From: Lytechinus pictus
Lineage: Eukaryota
Assembly (NCBI RefSeq): GCF_037042905.1
Contig: NC_087251.1
Span: 5,334,001-5,398,000, forward strand
Length of the DNA: 64,000 bases
Direction of reading: 5' to 3'
Within the stretch, counting starts at the first letter, position 1; each line of letters opens with the position of its first letter. Shown here piece by piece: positions 14,001 through 29,000 of the stretch. The notes under the pieces were generated by a model. That model saw only the letters and a program-made list of their open reading frames with translations, was not told where the DNA came from and made no database searches. Both the position numbers and the translations under genes were made by a program.

Positions 14001-17000
14001 TATACATATTAAACATATCTCAATCACTGGTGAAAGATGCAGATGCAAGTATTATAAGGGCATCCCTCTTATCATTCCATTATCTTGCACCCATGTCTCC
14101 ATTCATCCTACTCCCTTCGTCATATATTGCATGTAAGTTTCTGCGCTATCTCGTCTTTACTCAAGCATATATGTACTTTTACATTAGCTAGCAATTATAT
14201 ATGATTAATGTTATTCAAAATATTTCAGCATTTATTTTACATATATTTTTTGTTTAATGGTTTTATCGCTTTTCGTTACATTAAAGTAGTGTTTGTACAA
14301 TTTGAACGCCGCTCGTTAATCGGCATTCTGGTAACCATTTATCCAGCCACGTCATGCGAATTAAATAACATCCGATGATGCGATCGAAAATGTTCTTATA
14401 GAATCTCTTTATTATTAAAAGGCACAAACGCATTGTTTGTCCATATAGAACATCATAGTTTTAAGATGCTGCTCCATTAGTGACTAGGGATCATTTACAC
14501 CTTCGTGTTATGACGTAACATTCTTATTCTTCAATACTCAAATCTTTGCTTCAATATTCTGAGATTCTAAGAAAATGACATAAACTTACGATCATTAAAA
14601 TACAATGACGTCGCTTCTGATTATAAGAAAATGTAGTTATGGATTTGTCATTGTGACGTTATCAATAGAATACTATGATTAATCAAAGAATAGTTTAAAA
14701 CTTATGTAATTATCAGCAACAAATTATTCTGAATAATTATAGTTTAAATAGATTCTATCAACAGAGGTAAGAAAATATGAGCTTTTAACCAAGTTTACCA
14801 AAAATATAATGCGGGCGTCACAAAAGCATTTTAGGACGCAATTAGTTGTCTCTTTTGGTCGGGTTTGGGAGGTGGTTGGACGCTTCTAATAACTACTACG
14901 TTTAAAATTTGTTTATGCAACCAAACCATACATACATGTACATGTAAATCTACCGACCAACAAGTCGGTGGGAAAAGGAATGTTGAAGATCTTGAGAACA
15001 CAACTCGTAAAGGTCTAGGCTGGTATCATAGATTGGAAACCTAGATTTGAATATTGGATTTCTATTTTTATCGTCTCTCGTTTTTTCATGAGTAACCTTG
15101 CCATTTCTAATCGGTTTTCAACTCCCTTTACATTGATGGACTGATTCACCATGCACCAATAGCTTCTATACACAACTATACAGCTATAGCCCTGTCAATG
15201 CCTGCAGTTTTATATCTCATAATTGTTTCTCCTTTTCACTTTTAATTGTTCAAATGAATGTTAAAATGATAATCGTCTAAGAACGGAGTTGGCGCTTCAG
15301 ATGGGTGCATGAGCGACCGCTCCTATGGTTTATTAAGTTTTGAAGAAAAAAAAAGAAGTAAGAAGGCTCCTTCTTTCATTCTTTCTCTTTCTTTCCCTTA
15401 AATGATATATGTCTGTCTTCTCTCTCATCATTAATTCCAATTCACCTTTTTCTAATTAATCTTATACTTTCATAGAAACGCATTCGTCCCAATCTATACA
15501 TTTCTGATTCTACATTGTTTTCTTCCCATGTTAAGAATGATAACAGAATACCAATTTCTCATCTATTTATAGAATTAGAGCGTACTCTATCCAAATATTA
15601 AGTTATTTTATAATTTTGTTTTTACATTCGGACACTGCCTATTTCAAAGAAATATCTCCCTCTGCGTTACGTGCGCTCATCTTTCTTTTGTGACCCCCTC
15701 CCATAATTCCCACTTCACCTTCCTCCCCCACCATCTCACTCTATCATCTTCTCCTTTCGTCTCTCTTCCAGTTTTTAAAAGACACAGTCCACTGACGAGA
15801 TGAAAACACTGGATGTTTTCTCTGACAATAATCCTCGAAATATTTCTTATGTCTATTGCTTGCGGCATCTCCAATATTTACAACTCTTGCCCGGCGGTCG
15901 CGTTCCATGATGCAACCCCCATCACTGCAATTTCATTCTCCAACGCCATAACTTATCTACGTCCTTAACATATATTTTGCATATGTACTTGCAATGGTGC
16001 AATGTGAGGCCGGCTGTGTCATGATAAGCAGACAAACTAAATGCAATTTTAACCCAATTTCACGGCACAGATTACATCTAATGATGGAATCTAATCGTGT
16101 TATTTGTTTAGTTTTCTCATGAAAATAAGTCGGCCACGAATGCAACGCAACACGAAGGCTCGGTCGTTATGGTTCCCTCGTTAATGAAAAAGCTATTTGT
16201 TGGGCTAAACTGGTTTACCAAGCACACTTAAGTGCTCAAGTCATTCCTTCTCAAGACTGGAACAATTTTACGGAAACACAACAGAATATTCAGCGATTGA
16301 TTCCCTGAAAGAGCTGTGCATTAAATGGATAATAGACAGCATTTCTGAGTTCAAGTTACTAGTCAGTATATCAGTGAATCTGTTGAGAAAGAAGGGACGA
16401 GGCGTGGGAGGGAGAGAGAGAGAGGGGGGAGTGGTTGAGATGTTTCGGTGCAGGGGCTTTAGATAAATGAGGTGTAGAATATATTAGATACATACTGTGA
16501 ACGAGGGAGAGAGGGAGCGGGGTAAAGTGAAGAGAGAGATACAGGGATAAATGGTTATGGGAGAGACTGATAGTAAATCTCAGATTCTTGTCAGGTATCC
16601 CATTTACCCTTTACTAAAAACTGGCCACTTTATTTATCTCTCCATAGCCTGGCGTAAATCATCAGAGACACTGGCGTAAATCCGTGTTGATGGGTGGAGG
16701 GGATGACTGAAATATTTTGGGTTTTTTTTTGCAATCATGTTTTTAGATATGCAAGGAATTGTCATTGATATGTCCACAGTGGCGTACCGTGGGTCACGGC
16801 ATTGGGGAGGGGGGCACCAGCAAAATGTTTGAATCACTGAGTGAGCGCACTCAGTTGCCAGTTATACTGACCTAATAGAGACATTTTCTGGACTATGTCA
16901 TTAAACGGATATGCATCTCACTGATCAAATAATGCGAGCGCGAAGCGCGAGCTGAATTTTTTTATATTCACACCTAAAAAGAGACATTATAATCAAATTT

Positions 17001-20000
17001 GTGTAATCATGATAGGTACCGTCTCGCTAAACAATACGAGCGCGAAGCGCGAGCTGAAGTTTTCGTATATTTTGACCCCAAACAGCGAGATTTTGAGGAA
17101 TATATTTTAGGAATCCATTAAGAGTATGCATATCTCACCATAGTCATCTAATGCGAGTGCCAAGTGCTTGCTGGTTTATAAGAATTACATCTGAACACAT
17201 GAAGCACTTTTTGTAGTCATTGCAATCATGATTATCATACGCATCTCACTAATCAAATATTGCGAGCGCGAAGCGCGAGCTGAAAATTTAGATAATTCAG
17301 ACCTGAAGTGGGGCATTCTAAGGTTTCTTTGTAGGAATTAACTAGGACCATACGTATTTTAATATTCAAATGATGCGAGCGCGAAGCGCGAGCTGAAAAT
17401 GTTGATATTCAGATCAGAAGAAGGGACATTTTAAGTACTGATTTTAGGAATTCATGAAGAGCAGACATATCTCACCAATCCACTAATGCGAACGTAATCA
17501 CAGACAAAAAAATGTTTCATATATATACGAAGACCTTAACATGGGGCAATCACTTTTTGAGTCATGAAAAAGAAGCATATGTCACTTCATAAAACAATGA
17601 TAACTCAAGTGCTAGGAAATATATTTGGTTTATATTGACTTGAAAACGGGATGTTTCAGTACAACAGGACTATATATCTCGTTAACAGACAATGCAAGCA
17701 CCAGGCCCTTGGCAAATTATGTTTCAAGAAGTTATGATAAAAATGTTTCTTATGTAATGTAACATAACATAATTATAATATAACATTATAATGAATAATA
17801 TTTTCTTCTTTCCCACTATACGCTTCTCTTCCTTTCTCCCTCTTTTCTCCTTTCCCCCGTTTTTTTTTTGTCAGCCGATTGGGGGGGGGGGGCACGTGCC
17901 CCCATGCCCCCCCCCCATAGTTACGCCACTGTATGTCCATATGGCAAATACCCCTCCAATATTATTATCTTTTTTACCCCATGATGGTTTAATGGTTTTA
18001 TTAGAGATTATATTAAAAACGAATTGACATTCCATCTTAATCCCTTGCCAAAGACCCCAACATTGATGAATTGGAAGAAACGGGAGTTTCTCTTCAATGT
18101 TATGATAAGGACATAAGTATTTCGTTTGGAAATGGTGAACTGGCTCTTTATTTGCATTTTATGATTCAATAATATTGTTTTATATGTTAAGCGGTATTTC
18201 AGGAAGAATTTTCACCAATAAAACAATTATCTCTTGTGATTTTTTTTTCATTTCTTTCGTAAAAAGTGGGGGGGATGTTTGTACAGGCCATCCCCCCTCC
18301 TCGAAAAGTGGGGGGGGGGATATATCCCCCCATCCCCCCGGGATTTACGCCAGTGATCAGAGATGGGATAGCGCCATCATCACTAAAACAAAATAACCAA
18401 CCAACCGACCATCCAACCAAACACAATCTCCTTTATTCCAAGATAAAAACTTATATTCAAATCAACATTCTGGAAGGGGAATATTTTTGTTGTTATCATT
18501 TACTATCTAATTAAGATATGAACTAAGGTTCCATTAAATTGCTGCTTCCTTTCCTGTACCAACGCATATGCCTGTCGCCGCCATATTAAAATGCTGTAAA
18601 AATGTTCACTAATCATTTAGTGCATTTTCTTCATCATGAAAGCATCTAGGGACATGAAGGAAGGAGGGGCTTATTATCCCCATGACCTGCTTCGGATCTG
18701 CATCCAGAAAAAAAGTGTCGAGAACTTTCCTTATTTCTGACACATGGTATCGTCTATGTCGCCACTTTTAGAGTTGCCTTTCCCTCAAAAATCATACCAT
18801 TTATGGTATTTCTTTAAGAATAGATTACGCCATTTTAGGTACATTTCCGACGTGATCAGACATGGGTGGGTAGTACTTGTGTACGATACCCCCCCCAAAA
18901 AAAAAAAAATAATGAAATAAAATATGTTAATAATCAGCTTATAAAATACACCATTTCGATAAGTTGAAAGTCGTTATTGCCGATAGCTCTAGATATCATT
19001 ATTAATTCAGGGGTCCCGGACTATTTTACCTCTAGGCTCGAAAAGTTATATTTCATCGTGATTACTCGGATATTGTATGCCAAGAATATGTACTTTTGCA
19101 ATTTACTATGTGCGAGAGATTCAATAGCGTCCCTCCTCCTTACTCCGCCTCTCACACACACACACACACCCTCACTCACACACACAAGAAAATATGATAT
19201 GAATGGACAAACAAACACACATGCAATAATTTTCTAGGTTGTCGATATGTACCCAAGTAGAGAGGTCGGTTGTGACAAGAAGGATGTTTAACGCTCCAAA
19301 GAAAAAAAACACACGCCAAATAATTGCAGACATGATATAGATCTTATCTTCGAGCCTTGATCTGTATGATGAAATCGACATTATGTTATCAGACTGATTA
19401 GGCAGTATTTAATAACTTTAATCAATAGGATAAACTTATTTCTATCCAAGATGCCAAGACAAATTGCGATGACACTTTAGGCTACGGGCGCGTAGAGAAC
19501 TCCTGTCTGTTGGCGGCATATCATTGTTGATTATGTCTTCATTCTAACTAACTCCCTGAGGTAAATATTGTCGTGGCTGCAAGCTGACAGGACAGTTTTA
19601 GGTCTCCGAGGGTGGTCACGTGGTCATAATAACATTTCTCGTAATATGATATTTCATATTTCTAAGCTCACGGCAACGTTCTATGTATATTGCCGATATC
19701 CCAAAGCGCCCCCATATATTGTCCCTCAACTTTCGATTTCTTCTACAGAAAGCTACTCCAAGGAATGAAACTAATGATTCATGTTATCAAAATAATATCC
19801 AAGGGATTTCTTTTATTTTGCTCTAGGTTTGACACATAATTTAAGAGTTATATCTTTAGCACGGTCACTGACTGATAAGAAGGATTCCAACCATCATTTC
19901 TAATTTCAGCAGATCGACACACGGTGTCTAATATTGATACCCGTAATTGAAGTGAAGTGAAGGGGTGCAATCAATCCTTCCTAGTAGCAAAAGAGAAAAT

Positions 20001-23000
20001 GAAATTAAGGGATTGCCCAAGAATGTTATCGAGACATTTCTCAACACAGTTACCAAGGCGCATTCGTTGAGAAAACTGAGAAATGGGGTGGATGTATCGC
20101 GTGACTGCTCTAAACATGAATTTGCTAAACACTGTTCTTAATTGGATACTATGTCCTAGAGTGTTTTGGACGAGAGACTGGAATTTGTTTCATTCTGATT
20201 GAATATTTCCCTCTGTAAATATCGTTTAGGGGAAGATCAGAGAGGGACTGAAAGACTTACAGCTCCTCGAGCTGGATAAATAAAGCCGCCGTTCGTCAGC
20301 CAACCAGAGACTCGAGGTTTAAACTCCTGTGACATTTTCACCGTGTTTTCAAACGCCGCCAGGGTTGGACGAATGGCAGACGTTTACGACGGATGGTAGA
20401 GGAGGATATGGGAGGGAAAAATGAAGTAGAGAGAAGGTATAGGGGGAGAGATAGAGAGAGGCTTGGGGTGATGGGGGAAATAAGGTAATAGAGAATGTGG
20501 GTCACAGTGATAATGAACGATTCATAAAAATCGGATTAATGAAAGAGCATTGCCCGACAATATATTGGAATAGCAAGTTGAAGAAACTACGCAAATGAGA
20601 CAAACGTGAGGAAATATAAAGATTGGAAGCTGGAAAGCAATATGACTCAGGGTAAATAGTGAAAGAAAACTATCGTTTAGGATTAGTTTTAAGAGCATAT
20701 ATTTCTGAATAGTTTGATATGATTAATTTGGGGTCTGTTTATGTTTAAACTTAATACATTAATTAACAAAGAGATTATGAAAAGGATTGGCGACGGATTC
20801 GATGCTTAATACATGTATAATAGTAACCAAAAAAATCCACTAAACGACAATATTTATTTCAATTTCGAGAAAATGCATACAAATGAAGTAATTTACAGTC
20901 ACAAATCTATACATTCGAATAGCTAAATACATTCTTTTGTATGAAGATAATTTTGTGATGACTATTTGATCCATATGTCTTGTTTTCAAAACAATTTAAA
21001 TTATTTCAATCTGAGAAGAATAATAGAGAACACAAGTGAAGAAACCCTCTCTCTGCAATGTGATCAATGCATACAATATTGCCTCAAGTATTCAAACAAG
21101 CCTCATGATATGAAATGAATCGGATCTACTTCTGCTAATCAATAATTGTCTTTCTACGGGGTACTCCGATATTTTTTGTCATTACGTTCCTCTGCAAGAG
21201 AGCCTGTCATTGGAGAAGACGAGAAAAATATTCCATTAAAAATCTTTGCTCTCGTGTCGAGGAATATCTAGAGGCTGAAAGAAACGCCTGAAGGGACACA
21301 GAGTCGATTCGGTTTGATTGAATTTTTGGCGGTAAATGTATTCCTAAAATCCGAAATCATCGATATTCTTCGATCACATTTTGATGCAAGATTAGACTCG
21401 CGTGTGCGTTATTCGATATCGATAAAAACGAATGATTAAACGCAGAAAAACGTGTCCGAGAGGAAAGCTTTATGTCGTGTTTAAAACACATACAAAACTG
21501 AACATATGTGATCCATTCAGTCAATTGGATTGCTAGTACCTTGATTAAAGCCATTTATTTCTAATATTTTAAACGTACTCATGATAATTCATGAAACTCT
21601 TTCTTCAATTACTTGAACCATTGTCTTAACTTTGATGTGCAGAAACAAGTCAACTATACGTTTGTCTTCACCAAGAAGCATTTGCCCCTATCTCTCTCAT
21701 TCTCTCCCTTTCTCCCCGTCTCTCCCTCCACAGTAAAATATTTTTCTTTGTAATTTTTTACTTCTCCATCTCAAAATTACAATCCAGATACTCATCTTCC
21801 ACTGCTCCAATATAGAAATACCGAAAGGATTATGAATTATTTGTTTCAGTATTTTATTAATCAAATATAAACATCAAAAGCCCAATGGTATCGCCCCCAT
21901 AAAAAGATGGAAGGGAAATCGCAACTTTTATGTGGTATGACCATGTTGTCTTGTGTTTTTATTTACGGAATAATTTATTTAATGAACCTCTTTCCTCTAA
22001 ACGATTACTGCTTATTTTTAAGGAGGGAAATGAAATTGAAAAACGGTTGTCTTTAACTGTAATTTAAATAAACCAATTGATGCAATAGATACACAGCTTT
22101 TTCACATTTCAGTCCGTTTGTAAGGTTCAACTTCTTTATGTAACTAATATGCACCTTTGCATCTTTCTTCTTCTTACGTCACGAGAGTTTTCTTCAAATA
22201 AATTCAAGATCGAAAGTAAGTATTTTTTTTTTTGAATTGAATTGAATTTATTTCCGTTAAAAAAACAGATAACAATACATATAAAATTATACATATGAAT
22301 TGGTAAATAGAAAACGGGAGGATGGCCCTACTCAGCAGCATCAATCATGGTGCTGCTGGTCTACCGAGGGGTCCTCATATAGCATAAAACAAAATTACAC
22401 ATATTAATATAAATTATACATAATATAAGAATAACATGCAAGAATGGCGTTGGTTTACATGCAAGAATGGCGTTGGTTTACCACAAAAGGTAAGCGTGTC
22501 AACATTTGTCAACATTTGACGGATATGTCGTTTTACCGGATCTCGAGCAAGTGATTCGCGTGTTAGACGATTGAAGGTAGATAAATAAAGAGTACAATCC
22601 AGCTGAAATATCGGATTCATTTGTTAAGCCCAGTGATCTTAAAAGTGCGTCAGTATGGCCTGTTACATTCAATTTGTCTGCAGTTATTACCGTCTGATTA
22701 CGTCTACTCGATACAGACCGTCTCAAAAGCTATTCAACAACAAACCAAGAACTTCTAGAGATAAGCGCTCTTTAGAATGGTTACAATGCATTTACATTAC
22801 ATTTTTACTATAAAAACCCAAGAACTATCTTCTATTCAACTTATAGAACATCCTCAATAAATGATATTTACGAATATTATCTTGTAAACATTAGAGTGAT
22901 GTTTTTGTCAAACAAACTTACTTCTTGAATTTGAATAACAACGATGCCCGTGACTTACTGAAGTAACGAGGTTTCACACATTATTATTGCACTATTACCA

Positions 23001-26000
23001 TACTCCAACAAATCGAATGGAAACCCTTAACATTTGAAATCATAATAAACTCAACACTTCCTACATATATCCTGATTTAATCAAAATTATTATAGATGAA
23101 TGACTAGAAAGTACTTCAAATGTTTTTAATACATTTGTACGTTTCGTTTCTGTAGACATCTCTAGACATGTTGACATTTTCAGTTATTTTGGGGTCTAAC
23201 CTCCGTAAATCCTTACTGTCTCTTTTTTCTTGAACGGGGTGAAGTAGAAAAGTACTTTTACTCTTGGTTATTTTCACTAGTCAGTAAACAACCCATTTTG
23301 TACTCACTCGGGGACGTGCTGGTCTTTTTAATATAATGTCATAACGTTTCTTGGAATCAGAACACAGAGAAAGAATAATTGTTTTTATATGACAATATTC
23401 CCCAATAGAATATTAAATTATTTGAAATTTACGTTATAAGACTTTTTGCTAATGAATAAAGATGCTAAATTCATGCAAAGGCATGTATAATTTAAAAAAA
23501 TTGACAGTAAGTATTAAACTTTCGACTAAAAATTTTTCAAATTAATCAGGGAGTCCTATAAGTGTTTAAGCAAATACTATAATGCATTACATAACAAAAC
23601 ATGGTTATTATGACGTGTTTGTATACGTCAGTTTTTCGTAATATAATACTTAAAGATAGAAGGATGGAGATAGAAATATACATTAATATACAGAAAGAAA
23701 GGGGGAGATGAGTATGCTGAGAGAGAGGAGCAGGTCGAGGTTCAATCGTGTCTTCTTCCTATTGGCATATTCAAACCAAGCTTTGTTTATTCGTTCAAGC
23801 ATTTGATTGTGTACATTGATTGATGAATGGCATGCCAATAGTCATAACATATATCCTACGAATGTCAAACTAATCATATGTTGATAGCTGTAGCTAGAAA
23901 TATGTAAACGTAATTCCTCTCAAAGACTTAAGACCATTCTGCCTTTAACATGAGTTTCACAAAAGATTGGTTTATAATAATTCGCTCACTGCATTAGATC
24001 CATTATACCAATGTGTGTCCTGATCAATTGCTTTCAATACGGTTTTAGACAAAATTGAGAGACTTCATGCACCGATACAATGATGTATATCGTGGGGATT
24101 GTAAAGATGATAATCTAAAAAAAACATTGTGCATAGAGAAGGAAAATTTATGAAGCTGTTGCTTCTCAACTAAAACAAAATACATCCTTATCCGACAAGT
24201 TAAGATTATAGATGCGGGTTGATCATAATATATTTAGCGCAAAATGCATGAAATTCAAGATGTCAATATCATTCTCTCCTATTTCCTTTATAAGTCTTTT
24301 ATTTTTCTTGTATAATATGAGCATGTCTCCTTAGCATCAGTGTAGCTTATTATATACAACGGATTTCACTGACATTATAAGAGTGTAATCTGTGGATGCC
24401 CGGGCTGGGGATGAATTTGTTTTAAGGGCTGGAGAATACTTGAAAAAAAGGTTTTTGACTGTAGTCTGATTACAATGCAATAGTTTGTCAGAATAACAGA
24501 AACGTATAGCCAGTGAACTATTCTGCTTATCGTTGATAACTCTTTCAATCTTCTGTTACCAGTAATGCGATAACTTTGTATAAATTTCCGAGTCGATATA
24601 TTGAGGATAATGTAACTGAATGGTGGATCTGATGGGTATATAATTTTACATTACTTCAACGGTAATTATTCATCGAGACTTTAATTGCACGTAAAGATTT
24701 CCAAATTATCTTACATAACAGGTAAACGATAGTTTGATGAGACCAAGCTATATGTTACTAAGAGTAACATATTCCTAGTTACACCAAACGTGTTGCATTT
24801 TAAATTCGATAGGACTTGTTGTTCTCATTGTTGCATGGAGATAGCGATGGGAAGAGGGTATCACGAACAAAGACAAAGTTAAACTGATGATTTAAATCTC
24901 CAAAAGCAGTACATGTTATTGAAATATAGACCATCGATCATTATGAAGTTAGAAAAAATAACTATAAAAAAGAGAACCCCCGGCAGACATAAAAAGAATA
25001 TAAATAGTTTAAAGTAAACATTAAACGAGGGTAAAACATGTGTATGGAAATGTTATTAGAGAAATTGCGAATTTGGTAGAAGTAAGGCAGAATAAAAAGT
25101 TCTGAGAGCCGGTCAATGGAACATTTCAAAGAAGAAAGGGGAAATGAAATAAGGAATAGTGAAAGGTTGGAGGAAAACGATATGAATAAAAAAAAAAGAG
25201 ACAAAAGGAAAGAGTAGGCCCCAAGGGAGGGGATTGTGAGAGAGAGAGAGAGGGAGAGAGAGGGGGTGAGAGGACATGGAAAGTAGGTTTTATGCATAAT
25301 GAATAAAGTAGCACTGAAACGAGGATATGTTTGAGAGAACTGAATAGATTGATAGTAATCAATAAGAAGCAATATGAATTCTAGAACAAGGTAACAGGTT
25401 CATCATCGATAATGGTAAATTCTGGACGAGTATGCGTGTTCGCAAAAATCAATCCAACCTTTCCTTTTTAAGGCATGAAATCACCAGACCAGAACGATTG
25501 AATCGATGAAATAGCTTTTTTCTTGCACGTGAATAAGTTGATAACACTTTGGAATGAATTAATTTCAAAGAATGCGCGGCCATCAAAAGATGAACATAAT
25601 AGTGCAAATTCAGAACAACATCTTGTGGAAAAATACACAATACTTCTACACGTAGGGCTATACTTTAAAAAAAATGTCTGCAAGGATCAATAAAATGAAT
25701 TTGTCTTCAGGATTCAAACCTTTGCTTTATTTCATATCAGATGGTGAAATGCATATCTAACAAAATGTGTTAGTAGATGAAAATTCCCTGACCATTGAAT
25801 ATCAGTCCCCCGTCGCCCATTGAAAAAAATAAACCCCCAAAACACAGTTTACGCCATGGCAATGACCTGTCGTCTGCTCAACTCGACCCATGACATGTTA
25901 TCGCACAAATCACGCTCCATGCATACTCACCGAGCACCGACGTGGTATCCCCAATGGGCGGCATGCTATCGGCGACGAGTTGCTGGAAGAGTATCATGGC

Positions 26001-29000
26001 GAGGAGGTTGCTAATTGCCAAGGTCACCTTCTCACCCGAGTCTGGATGAGACCAGAATGTAAGAGCCATCAGCATAGTTAGAAGAACCGATGGAACAACC
26101 ACAACCTTGGTGAAGAATGCAGACTCTCCTGAAAAATACAAGAATCAGATTATGAAATGCTAACTACGGATTGCAAGATACCTTTAGGCAATAACTTCCG
26201 GTATTCTCAGTTTTTTAAATAATGATAAAACATACGTTCCACGAAACCACAAAATGTGCAGAGATAAACGACAAATGCATAAAAAGGAAAAAGGGCATAT
26301 GGATAGTGTTTGGCTGAAAGAAAAACAAAACACCTGTATAGGAAAGAGGACAATAAATTTTACATGTTTATGCACGTGAGAGGAAGTTTGTGGTCATGTG
26401 GTAGGTTCACATCTAATCAAGATCTGTGGTGGCTTTAGCGTATTTCGTTAGGAGGCAAGGCTAAATAAAGGTGAATGTAGGTCTATTTTCCATTCTCTCA
26501 TTGTCTTTTTTATTCTTTCTATTCCTATTTACCCATTTTCTTGCATTTTTGAAATTTCCTTTATCTGTTGAATGATCATAGGGGGCAATCGAATCGTTCC
26601 ACCTTCAGCATTGCTTAAGCTTGAGATAGAGATTTGAATTCAAACCAAATCAGCAAATTAACGAAGCACAAAAAGATCACATAAGAATAACAATGTATTC
26701 AAAATTAATAATACCATGTCCTTATGGTTCATTTTAATACTTCACTTATCTTGTAATAGAAATTCTTAATTCCATGAAAGCCTGTTTCAATGACCCCTAT
26801 GATCAATTAGTCACAAGTTTTTTTTCTATCGGCTTGATGACGTCCTACACGATCCTTGAGGGAATATAACTCGAGTACGAAAGTTTAGATAAATATCACC
26901 AAAGGAGGAACACTTCGCTGGGGGAAAGGGAAAGCATGTTTGAAAATAATAGATCAATATCTTACTTAAATAGCTTGCATCAATTACAATTGCGCAAAGG
27001 GATCCAAACACAGAGTCTGTTTTTCATATTTTTGTAAGTGCATAACCATATACTATATTGAGGAGAAAAGGAATGTATTGTGAATTGAATATGATCGGGG
27101 ACCATAACTCAAGTAATTGTAAGAATCACAAAAGAAATCAGGGAAATATTGAAAACTATGAATAAATATGAATTTATATAACGCACATAAAACTTAGTTG
27201 CTCAAATCTTTAGATGAACAATAGGTCATTTATAACAACTTAAGATGAACACTATTTTGGATGTTGCCTCATTTATGAAAAATGCTCATTCAGATATGAC
27301 TTTCATCATCAAAGATGTTAAAATTTCGTCCATTTTACTTTATCAAAATGAGATGTTAGCTGAAATGGTTTAATTCCTCATATGCCAACCATGTACGTGA
27401 TATCATTGTATTTCTTCATATCAGTGACACACGCAATAACCATACTTGTCCTTTACCATAACGCGAGGAAGAAAACGAACAATATTCCAAAAGATTTGTG
27501 TTTGCATTTTATTCTACTTGACGACTTACTTCTGAGTCGGAGCGTGTATTTAATTTCCGTGAAGTTGTGCGGGCAGCAGACGTAGAACGGGCGAAGGTTT
27601 TTAGCGACGAACGATTCAAGCGTCCAAACTCCGTTTTTGGCAAATATATCGTCTGAGGTGTCGTCGGGTACTTCAAAGGTATGTAATTCAACCTATACGA
27701 CAACAGTAGAGAAGAGTCAATTGAATTTGAGTGGAAGAGGGGTAGGGGTGATAGAGAGAAAGATCTGGCAGTGAACATTTTGCAAATAAACCGAGAAAAA
27801 AAAACGAAATGTGATGAATGAGAGTTTTCGTGAATCGCGAGGAATAGGACTTTATTGGATGTAATCTATCGGGCTTATACCGAGAACAACATGAGTATGT
27901 TGTACTCTTGAAAAAAAAAAGAGAGAACTGCAGCTGCAGAGATTTTCTTATTTAATCTTTTCTATCAGTTTTGCTAAGATGGACAAAATAAATAGGGATT
28001 TAACTAAAGTAAAAAAAAACCCACACCGATATTAAAAGCTCACTTCACTTGTAGGTCAATACAATCACCGTTAGGAAGCAATGAAAGACGGAAAGAGAGA
28101 GGAAAAACAACAACCCAGTAATTGTGTAATTGAAAGTAAAGTATGAATGCACGTTTTCATGTTTGCATCTGCCAAAGATAACAGTAATATATTGAGAAAT
28201 AGATGGCTACGTTCCAGTTCTTAGGCATTTAAATTCCCTTATCTTGCCACCATGTTCATTGATAACAGTTTCATAAGACAAAGTGTAAATGTCATTGTCA
28301 TGAAATGGAGCTGAAATGACCAAAATACAATGTTTTCTTTTATGTCTTGGATCACCGCTTTCTTCCTGTTTTCGTCAAGAAACATTGAGAGAAGACTCAA
28401 CTCCATCACCAACCCATATCCATCTGGTCTGTCTTTCTCAACGAGTTTTTCTGTCTCCTCCCCTCCCACTTGTTGTATCTCCCTAATTCCCGATCTCTTC
28501 CCCCTCTCCTCACATTATTCACTCTCTTTCTCAATATCTCCTGGATCTCTAAACTCTCCTTAAAGGGAAATCCAGCCTTGGCCTTAAATGGTTGTGTTGG
28601 GAAGGAGAAAAAAAAATTAAACAGAATGGCGAAAGTTGGAAAGAAATCGGACAAGCAATAAGAAAGTTATAGCTGCTTTAAAATTGAGATCACTTATAGT
28701 ATGTAGATTTCATATTGGCAACTGGGTAAGTAAATTATGACAAGGGGCAAGGACAACTTTCCCATAGGCCATGTACTTTATTATCAGGGATTTGTGGTTT
28801 TCTCCTAAGTACCAATTCCCCTGGGGCAGTAATCTAAATATAATCCAGGTAGTATTGTTTTATGTCCTCATAAAAGAAAAATATAATTTGAAATAAAACT
28901 TTTGGGGAAAATGACATTTTAGCCATAATATGTATTGGAGTACATGGAAGAGTAGTCCTTGCCTTACATCACTATGACATTCCATATGCGGCCAATCTGA

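Noticed and set aside
20261..20335. Minus-strand ATG-initiated 25-codon frame ending at a GTAAGT donor (MSQEFKPRVSGWLTNGGFIYPARGA)
   Set aside because: The phase-0 donor is incompatible with the phase-1 acceptor at 11714, and I recognise no homology.
27509..27778. ORF-track peptides over exons (89 aa here; 111 aa at 36986-37321)
   Set aside because: Wrong frames; the real exons are read in other frames defined by the splice sites.
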